Positions 57,047 through 64,000 of a stretch of DNA of 64,000 nucleotides are shown piece after piece. The position numbers and the translations under genes are program-made. This DNA comes from an uncultured Candidatus Saccharimonas sp. (GTDB lineage Bacteria > Patescibacteriota > Saccharimonadia > Saccharimonadales > AWTP1-31): assembly GCA_943354005.1 (NCBI GenBank), contig CALRBE010000001.1:64147-128146 (forward strand). The letters are read 5' to 3'. The notes under the pieces were generated by a model. It searched no databases. It saw nothing but the letters and a program-made list of their open reading frames with translations, and had not been told where the DNA came from. Each line of letters opens with the position of its first letter. Within the stretch, counting starts at the first letter, position 1.

Positions 57047-57862
57047 ATGTACTTGGCGGTAGACATTGGAGGGACTAAAACATTACTGGCAGCTTTTACG
57101 CAAAGCGGTAAAATTCATGCATCCCGTAAATTTGATACCCCAAAGATTTATGCTCAGTTCCTAAAATTGCTTGCAGAGAATGTTGCAGCTCTAGATTGTG
57201 ATTTTTTAAGCGGAGTCGTAGCGGCTCCTGGAAAAATTAATCGCGATATTGGTGTAGTACTGGCATTTGGTAATTTAGATTGGAAAAATATTCCCCTGCG
57301 TGATGATGTCGAGGATATAGCACATTGCCCAATGCATGTTGAAAACGATACAAAATTGGCAGGATTGTCTGAAGCAATTTATATCAAAGATGAGTTTAAA
57401 AAGGTACTATACATAACAATTAGCACTGGTATTAATAGCGCTCTTATTGTAAATGGTGTTATCGACAAAGATCTTATTGATAGCGAAAGTGGTGACATGC
57501 TTTTTGAATATGAGGGCAAACTACAAAAATGGGAAAGCTTTGCTTCTGGTAGAGCGATAGTTCAAAAATACGGGAAAAGGGCCAGCGAGATCACTAGTAA
57601 AAAGGATTGGGTAGTAATATCACGTAACATTGCTGTGGGCCTTATTAATCTTATCGCAGTTATACAGCCAGATATTGTAGTAATTGGAGGTGGAGTAGGA
57701 AGTCATTTTAAAAAATTTCAGGCTCCCCTGCATGATCGCCTTAAAAAACTTGAACTGCCTCTAGTTCCTATACCTCCAGTTCGAGGAGCTCGCAGGCCAG
57801 AAGAAGCAGTGATATTTGGTTGTTACTATCTAGCGAAATCATACGATGAAAAACATAATTGA
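57047..57862 (+). CDS. ROK family sugar kinase (glucokinase-like)
   Basis: 271 aa. Motifs LAVDIGGTK and ENDTKLAGLSE, and a GGG loop. TATACT-N6-ATG at 57035-57049. Confidence 0.82.
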   Translation: MYLAVDIGGTKTLLAAFTQSGKIHASRKFDTPKIYAQFLKLLAENVAALDCDFLSGVVAAPGKINRDIGVVLAFGNLDWKNIPLRDDVEDIAHCPMHVENDTKLAGLSEAIYIKDEFKKVLYITISTGINSALIVNGVIDKDLIDSESGDMLFEYEGKLQKWESFASGRAIVQKYGKRASEITSKKDWVVISRNIAVGLINLIAVIQPDIVVIGGGVGSHFKKFQAPLHDRLKKLELPLVPIPPVRGARRPEEAVIFGCYYLAKSYDEKHN

Positions 57863-58322
57863 TACAATTCGTAATGATTTTAAACACCTGAACTTTGTTG
57901 AAGATGAGATATTTTTTTGGTCACCTAAGAACCAAGAAGTTCATTTTAGGAAAAACCCTACGTCTGAAGCTGATGTCTGGAGATTACTTCACGAAATTGG
58001 CCATGCTGTACTAGATCATAAAAGATATAATCTTGATATAAACCTGCTTCACCTAGAGATAGCTGCTTGGGAAGAGGCAAAGAGGAATTCTGGAAGATAT
58101 GGGATGATTATCTCAGAGGATCATATACAAGATTGCCTCGATACATATCGAGATTGGCTTTATAAACGGAGTACATGTCCAGATTGCTTGAATACTAGTC
58201 TGCAAAATACCAGTAATTCGTACAATTGCTTTAACTGTAATAATTCGTGGAAAGTCTCTGCATCAAGAACATGCAGAACTTATCGAAAAAAACAAAAAGC
58301 CTCTGCAATAGAGGCTTTTTGA
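57846..58322 (+). CDS. SprT/ImmA-like zinc metallopeptidase with C-terminal zinc ribbon
   Basis: 158 aa. HExxH (LHEIGHAVLDH) and CPDC...CFNC. 17-nt overlap with the ROK kinase gene. Confidence 0.55.
   Translation: MKNIIDTIRNDFKHLNFVEDEIFFWSPKNQEVHFRKNPTSEADVWRLLHEIGHAVLDHKRYNLDINLLHLEIAAWEEAKRNSGRYGMIISEDHIQDCLDTYRDWLYKRSTCPDCLNTSLQNTSNSYNCFNCNNSWKVSASRTCRTYRKKQKASAIEAF
58295..58320. terminator. bidirectional hairpin terminator between convergent genes
   Basis: aaaaagcctct-gcaa-tagaggcttttt, with an A-run and a T-run on either side. Confidence 0.75.
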
Positions 58323-58338
58323 AAAGTACTACTAATAC

Positions 58339-58536
58339 TTAGGCTTCGCTTTTAGTGCGTCGAGAAATTCGTCCGCCCTTTGCGCCAGCGATACGAGCTA
58401 GCTCACGATTAGCGTAAAATCCACCGGTCTTACCCTTTTTTCCACCTTTAGCACCGATTTTTGCATAAAAATCAGAACCGTACTTTGTTTTATTAGTTGT
58501 TGCAGCTGCTTTGCCGCCTGCTTTTGTTCCAGCCAT
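58339..58536 (-). CDS. KGG-repeat general stress protein (YciG/GsiB-like)
   Basis: 65 aa, Gly/Lys-rich, with repeated KGG and GAKGG motifs. Confidence 0.72.
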   Translation of the reverse strand: MAGTKAGGKAAATTNKTKYGSDFYAKIGAKGGKKGKTGGFYANRELARIAGAKGGRISRRTKSEA

Positions 58537-58583
58537 AGTCTAGGCCTCCCTATTTAAATAATGCCCCACCCAGACTCTGTTGT

Positions 58584-58623
58584 TAAATAAAAAAGGGGTG
58601 CACGCATAAATACGAGTACCCCT
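58584..58623 (-). terminator. rho-independent terminator
   Basis: Minus-strand stem aggggtac/gcacccct (one G-U pair) followed by ttttttattt. Confidence 0.6.
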
Positions 58624-58697
58624 CTATTCACTTTCAGAATTACGCTTATGATATCACTTCTTTATGCTAATGTCAATAACAATACTTAATATTGTTA

Positions 58698-59063
58698 TTA
58701 TTGCTTCTTACCACGGATAGTATCAATGATAGGGTCTGCGTTTCTTAAGTATTTTCGCTCAATAATCCTAGTTAACCCATATTCTACTCTAGCAGCTATA
58801 CCCTTTATTCCACCACCTTCAATATCGTCCTGAAGTAATGCAACGCGTGCTACTGCTCTAGCTGCAACGTTAAATTTTGCATCTGCATGCTGGGCTTTAA
58901 CTAATGCCTCAGGCGATCCGTCTCCTAAGTTTAAAGGCAATATAGTATCGTCATTATTACTTTCTAAATCGACACCGCCCTTATCTGCTGCGTATATTCT
59001 ACCTGCAGCGAAAGTTATTGCCTGCGAATAATTTACAAATTCATCGTCATTTTGTTTTACCAT
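58698..59063 (-). CDS. hypothetical protein
   Basis: 121 aa ORF directly downstream of the rRNA operon terminator. No recognisable motif. Confidence 0.5.
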   Translation of the reverse strand: MVKQNDDEFVNYSQAITFAAGRIYAADKGGVDLESNNDDTILPLNLGDGSPEALVKAQHADAKFNVAARAVARVALLQDDIEGGGIKGIAARVEYGLTRIIERKYLRNADPIIDTIRGKKQ

Positions 59064-59132
59064 AACATATACTATACGCCATTTGGCTTAATATTGTTAA
59101 TGTAATAATGCTTTCTACTGATGCGAGATAGC

Positions 59133-59167
59133 TAATAAAAGAAAAAGCCTCCCATTAAGGAGGCTTT
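59133..59167 (-). terminator. rRNA operon terminator
   Basis: Minus-strand 9-bp stem aaagcctcc / ggaggcttt followed by tttttctttt. Immediately 3' of the 5S rRNA. Confidence 0.8.
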
Positions 59168-59175
59168 GACTATAA

Positions 59176-59291
59176 TTCGGCACCGTGCTATTTTCCCAGG
59201 GCTTGATGACCCAAGTATTGTAACCGCTGCAAGGCTTAACTTCTGTGTTCGGTATGGGAACAGGTGTCTCCCTCGCGCCATGGGCACCGAC
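59176..59291 (-). rRNA. rrf: 5S ribosomal RNA
   Basis: The reverse complement contains the universal CCCAUACCGAACACAGAAGUUAAGC block. The terminal helix UCGGUGCC/GGUGCCGA includes two G-U pairs. Ends are accurate to about 3 nt. Confidence 0.9.
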
Positions 59292-59732
59292 TATCGAAAA
59301 CTACGTCTATGTAGTTTTCGCATGTCGGTGTCCATACGAGTGTTTATATATAAGTTATCTAAGACAAACTGTGCTATCAATACTGATATGCACCAAAAAC
59401 TAGCCAATTGTCTATTCCAGATAAAGTGTGCAAGCACACAATATCTGGAGTCATAAAAAGTCAATGCACCTATTAGTACGCTTCGGCTCAATACGTTGCC
59501 GCACTTTCACCTTGCGCCTATCAACCTGATCGTCTTTCAGGGGTGTCATAGGGAAATCTAATCTTGAGGTCAGTTTCGCGCTTAATATGCTTTCAGCGCT
59601 TATCTATTCCGCACTTAGCTACCCAACAATGCTCTTGGTAGAACAATTGGTACACCAGCGGTGCGTCCACTCCGGTCCTCTCGTACTAGGAGCAGATCCT
59701 CTCAAATTTCCTGACGTCCACAGCGGATATAA

Positions 59733-59803
<71 letters not shown>

Positions 59804-59817
59804 AAGGTGCTCCCCCT

Positions 59818-59852
<35 letters not shown>

Positions 59853-60433
59853 AGCGCCGTCTATGTGAACTATTGGGCGCTATAAGCCTGTTATCCCCGG
59901 CGTAACTTTTATCCGATAGCGCTGTCGATACCACTCTCATGTACGAATGTACGGACAGCGGAAAACTTACTCCCACTTTCGTGCCTGATTGGCTTGTAGG
60001 CCTCACAGTCAAGCTGGCTTATGCGTATGCACTATCGATTCGATTTCCATCCGAATCTAGCCAACCTTTGAACGCCTCCGCTACTCTTTAGGAGGCAACC
60101 GCCCCAGTTAAACTACCCACCAGACACGGTCCCGGAACCAGTACACACTCACGAGTAAAAACTCATGAACATATAATGGTCCCGGTAAGAATAAAACTAC
60201 AACAAGGGTGGTATTTCACTGATGACTCCACACTAGCTAGCGCTAGAGCTTCAAAGTCTCCCACCTATCCTACACATGTTGCAGCTCGATCCAATGTCAA
60301 GCTGTAGTAAAGCTGCACGGGGTCTTTTCGTCCTGCTGCGGACAGACGGCATCTTTACCGTCAATGCACTTTCACCGAGCTCTTCGTTGAGACAGTACCC
60401 ATATCATTACTCCATTCGTGCGGGTCAGAACTT

Positions 60434-61133
60434 CATTTTAGTTAGCTGTTCGTTTCCAAACAGATCAGACTATCTTTTCATCTCGCCAAAATTTTTAGGA
60501 GGTCTTCTTGTGTATTGCGTCGTGTTCCAGATTCATTCATTAGATAACTCTTCTGAATAATCTGCTCAAGATAATCATGATTTAGGTGTTTTGACTGATG
60601 AATCAGTTCACACACTTCAGTGAAAATCTTAAAATCACGCGCTTTACTGGTTCGTAATGGATATTTCTTAAAATGCGGGATAATCCTTCTCTCTAAATCG
60701 CCTATCGAACGTACCTCATATCGGTACATCTGATCGCGTTTACTGAAACGAATCGCACCACATCCGAAATAGGTATGAATATCTTTCAATACCTGAAGGC
60801 TGCGTTTGTTTTGAGCTATCGAAAAACTGGGTCGAACTTCTATTCCTGTTTTAAGTTTCGCTCGCCGGTTAAAACTAACCGAAAAACAACCTTCTCCATC
60901 TGCAAATCCTGTTATATACCAAGAAAACTCCGTGAATTCCTTTTTGGGACGAGAGCCAACGTATTGTACATTTTGTTTCATATGTACCTCTCCTTTCGGA
61001 TCAGTCGTTACGGCTTCCATTCATAAGAATGATTGCCACGGGATTGTCTTAATATCTTGTTAGATATCGTAGATTTCCCCGTTATTAGTTGGTTTACTCT
61101 TAACAAATCGCTTTGTTAATCAGGCAATTCTTT
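60434..61133 (-). mobile_element. group I intron in 23S rRNA (inserted after the E. coli U1951 equivalent)
   Basis: Removing 60434-61133 restores GUCAGGU|AAGUUCUGACCCGCACGAAUGG (E. coli GUCGGGUAAGUUCCGACCUGCACGAAUGG). The 5' exon ends in U. Intron GCCUG (61121-61125) can pair with exon CAGGU to form P1 with the U-G wobble. The intron ends in G (60434). Confidence 0.9.
60478..60981 (-). CDS. LAGLIDADG homing endonuclease (single-motif, intron-encoded)
   Basis: 167 aa from MKQNVQY at 60981, preceded by a strong SD AAAGGAGAGG; the track ORF starts at 61020. LAGLIDADG motif WYITGFADGEGCF. I-CreI-like size. Confidence 0.9.
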   Translation of the reverse strand: MKQNVQYVGSRPKKEFTEFSWYITGFADGEGCFSVSFNRRAKLKTGIEVRPSFSIAQNKRSLQVLKDIHTYFGCGAIRFSKRDQMYRYEVRSIGDLERRIIPHFKKYPLRTSKARDFKIFTEVCELIHQSKHLNHDYLEQIIQKSYLMNESGTRRNTQEDLLKILAR

Positions 61134-62702
61134 ACCTGACAAGGAATTTCGCTACCTTAGGACGGTTATAGTTACCGCCGCCGTTCACCGGGGCTTCAGT
61201 TCGCACCGTGAAGCGCTCCCCTTAACCTTCCGGCACTGGGCAGGAGTCAGCCCCTATACATCCACTTTCGTGTTAGCAGAGACCTGTGTTTTTGGTAAAC
61301 AGTTGCATGGGTTCTTTAGCTGCGGCCCCGCCACATTATCTACCACGATAACGGGCTTGCTGGGGTCAGCTTTCTTTTCTGATATGAAATATCGTATTCT
61401 CAAATTGCTCGTTTATACAGGCTCAATTAAGAAGTTAATAACTTAATTGAACTACTGTTTGTTTCCTGAAAAGAAAACTGGCAAGCCACTTGTCATAAAC
61501 AAAGTGGCGGGGCAGACCTTATCCCGAAGTTACGGTCGCTGTATTGCCGAGTTCCTTAACGAAGAATCACTCGTACGCCTTGGTCTACTCGACCTGAGCA
61601 CCTGTGTCGGTTTGCGGTACGGATAACTATGTACATAAGTTTGAAAGCTTTTCTGGTCAGCACTCTCGGAGGAATCGGCCCTAATGGGCCTTTCATTCGT
61701 AGTTGTTACGCTACTTAGACGGATATAACCATGAACCCGCTCCTCCTAACATGCCGCGCACTTCAAACAATACAAAGCTAGTACGGGAATATTAACCCGT
61801 TGTCCATCGCCTACGCTACGCGCCTCGGCTTAGGACCGACTAACCCTGGGACGATTATCGTTGCCCAGGAAACCTTGCTCTTTCGGCGGGCAGGATTCTC
61901 ACCTGCCTTATGGTTACTCATTCCAACATTCTCACTTGATAACGCTCCACCGAACCTCGCAGTTCGACTTCAACGCAGATATCAACGCTCCTCTACCGCT
62001 CATATAAATACAAGCTCGCAGCTTCGGTAATACACTTTAGCCCCGTTACATTTTCCGCGCAAGATCTCTTGACTAGTGAGCTGTTACGCACTCTTTAAAT
62101 GAATGGCTGCTTCTAAGCCAACATCCTAGTTGTCCAAGAAATCTCACCTCGTTTCCCACTGAGTGTATATTTAGGGACCTTAGCTGGCGATCTGGGCTGT
62201 TTCCCTTTTGAGCACGGAGCTTAGCCCCCGTGTTCTAACTGCCGTAGTTCCGCATATGGTATTCGTAGTTTGTCAAGGGTGGGTAACCTTGCGGCCCCCA
62301 GTCCAAAACAGAGCTCTACCCCCATATGTTACCGTACGACGCTAGCCCTAAAGCTATTTCGAGGAGAACCAGCTATCTCCAGGTTCGATTGGCATTTCAC
62401 CGCTAACCACAGGTCATCCGGGCATGTTGCAATATGCTACGGTTCGGTCCTCCACGCAGTTTTACCTGCGCTTCAACCTGCCCATGGTTAGGTCACCTGG
62501 TTTCGGGTCTAATCGCTAGTACTCGGTCGGCCTATTCAGCCTCGCTTTCACTACGCCTCCATCAAATGACTTAGGCTTGCACTAGCAATTAACTCGTTGG
62601 ATCGTTCTACAAAAAGCACGCAGTCACCGGACAAGCCGGCTCCTACTCCTTGTACGCACACAATTTCAGGTTCTATTTCACTCCCCTTCCGGGGTTCTTT
62701 TT

Positions 62703-62733
<31 letters not shown>

Positions 62734-63605
62734 ATCGTAAGATATATTTAGCCTTGGAGGGTGGTCCCCCCAGATTCAGTCAGAGTTTCACGTGTTCCGA
62801 CCTACTCGACAACGTATGAGACAAAACCTTAAGTTTTGCTATTCGCAGAACACAAGGTTCTGCCTCATAACTTACAAATATAAGGTTTGCAACGCTTAAC
62901 ATACCGGGCTATCACCGTCTTTGGCGCACCTTTCCAGGTGCTTCTGCTCGCATTGCAAATTTCTTACCTTATGTACGCTAATGGTAGCGCGTACCCCCAC
63001 TACAGATAACTGATAAATCAGTGATCTGTACTGGTTTTTTGTAATGTCACAACCCCCTATACACATTCGTCTACCAACTTATCCATTAGGCAATAAATTA
63101 CCAGATGGAAGTCTATAAGGTTTGGGCTCTTCCGGTTTCGCTCGCCACTACTTCCGGAATCGTTGTTTACTTTCTCTTCCTCGGGGTACTAAGATGTTTC
63201 AGTTCCCCCGGTTACCGCTCTCCTGGCCTATATATTCAGCCAAGCGCAGATAGACATTACTCTACCTAGGTTTCCCCATTCGGAAATCTTCGGTTCATAG
63301 CTTGTTAGCAGCTCCCCGAAGCTTATCGCAGCTTTCTACGTCCTTCATCGGTATCTTACGTCAAGGCATCCTTTGTGTGCGCTTGAGTAACTTTTTATGC
63401 ACTGACAATTGACTAGTTATTGGTAAACACCAATTACTATTGTGATACAAAACGTATCACATGCCGTTTGTCTTAAATTTACTTATTTCTTCAACTAAAT
63501 TGTTAAGTTACGAACTCAAAGGAATCCACCGATTTATTCCCACTTCCTTGAGTTTACACTGATGACTTTTTCGGGCCACGTGTCTAAACTCAAAGATACC
63601 AACAC

Positions 63606-63634
63606 AGTTTATCAGTAATAACAGAGGCGGTCAA
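63606..63634 (-). promoter_or_regulatory. candidate internal promoter ahead of 23S (TTGACC-17-TAAACT)
   Basis: Minus strand: -35 at 63629-63634 and -10 at 63606-63611, with a 17-nt spacer. Lies in the 390-bp tRNA-Ala/23S spacer. Confidence 0.4.
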
Positions 63635-63755
63635 GCCTATAATGATGCAATATTTGCTACAACTTTACCCCTTGAAGTGTTTGTCTTAATTCAAACATGA
63701 CTTTTGGGGCTGTAATTATCAATGGTATGACCATAATATAAGGTGTTCTATAAAG

Positions 63756-63785
63756 AAAAAGACTCATGATATCATGAGTCTTTTT
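63756..63785 (-). terminator. terminator-like perfect hairpin directly after tRNA-Ala
   Basis: Perfect palindrome gactcatg-atat-catgagtc flanked by A5 and T5. In the minus sense it is followed by tttttcttta. It starts 4 nt after the tRNA-Ala CCA. Confidence 0.6.
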
Positions 63786-63788
63786 CTA

Positions 63789-63865
63789 TGGTGGAGCAAC
63801 GGGGACTCGAACCCCGGACCCCCTGCTTGCAAAGCAGGTGCTCTAGCCAACTGAGCTATTGCCCC
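63789..63865 (-). tRNA. tRNA-Ala (UGC), CCA encoded
   Basis: The reverse complement folds as a cloverleaf. Acceptor GGGGCAA/UUGCUCC has the G3-U70 pair. Anticodon loop is UUUGCAA and the T-loop is GGUUCGAGUCC. Confidence 0.95.
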
Positions 63866-63878
63866 ATATAAAAGTTCT

Positions 63879-63955
63879 TGGTGGGCGATGAGGGACTCGA
63901 ACCTCCGACCTCGTCATTATCAGTGACGCGCTCTAACCAGCTGAGCTAATCGCCC
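63879..63955 (-). tRNA. tRNA-Ile (GAU), CCA encoded
   Basis: Reverse complement: GGGCGAUUAGCUCAGCUGGUUAGAGCGCGUCACUGAUAAUGACGAGGUCGGAGGUUCGAGUCCCUCAUCGCCCACCA. Anticodon GAU, discriminator A73. Confidence 0.95.
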
Positions 63956-64000
63956 GAATTATTCTTGTTGCAGACTACGCTTTTTCTATAAGGTACAACC

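Noticed and set aside
62785-62797. gtttcacgtgttc resembles a half parS site (tGTTtCACGTGAAACa)
   Set aside because: It lies inside a conserved 23S rRNA segment and only half of the palindrome matches. I did not see a convincing full parS near parAB by eye, though I cannot exclude one.
63957-64000. Checked whether the 16S rRNA 3' end (reverse complement of GGATCACCTCCTT) lies in the last bases of the window
   Set aside because: The motif is not present. The 16S gene is presumed to begin beyond 64000.

Overview
This window is a dense, mostly minus-strand housekeeping region from a small, moderately AT-rich bacterial genome. By inference it fits a CPR/Patescibacteria (Saccharibacteria-like) organism best. 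RF1 and RF2 are both present and TGA is used as a stop codon, so the standard bacterial code applies.

Gene content:
- Translation: rpsB-tsf-frr, rpsA-infB, rpmE-prfA-prmC, prfB, rplU, rpsU, def-fmt, and serS, lysS, proS, ileS.
- Division and envelope: ftsE-ftsX followed by a PcsB-like CHAP hydrolase and an S41 protease; ftsA-ftsZ, uppS-rseP, lepB, sortase.
- Other housekeeping: secA, hpf, parAB, priA, pyrG, and an nrdR-nrdJ operon.
- rRNA: the 3' part of an rRNA operon reading tRNA-Ile, tRNA-Ala, 23S, 5S on the minus strand. The 16S gene lies beyond the right edge.

Main non-routine observations:
1. A clear heliorhodopsin gene with a conserved retinal-binding Lys. It has a leaderless-type promoter and appears to lead an operon with two rRNA methyltransferases and a Cas4-like nuclease. 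It sits divergent from a sortase gene.
2. The 23S rRNA is about 3.9 kb. It carries a 700-nt group I intron after the equivalent of E. coli U1951, encoding a single-motif LAGLIDADG homing endonuclease. It also carries AT-rich expansion segments.
3. A terminator-like perfect hairpin and a candidate promoter lie between tRNA-Ala and 23S.
4. A 95-bp near-perfect direct repeat carries the lysS promoter, start codon and first 10 codons. An inositol-monophosphatase-family gene has acquired this module, and a decayed greA remnant remains beside it.
5. A compact T-box-like leader lies upstream of ileS. Its UGGU bulge matches the A73 discriminator of the tRNA-Ile encoded in the same window. The terminator geometry is nested rather than canonical.
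6. Two related NrdR-box-like 16-mers overlap the nrdR promoter.
7. A TATA(C/G)T-N6-ATG promoter/start arrangement recurs, implying leaderless mRNAs.

No CRISPR array, transposase or prophage genes were seen.
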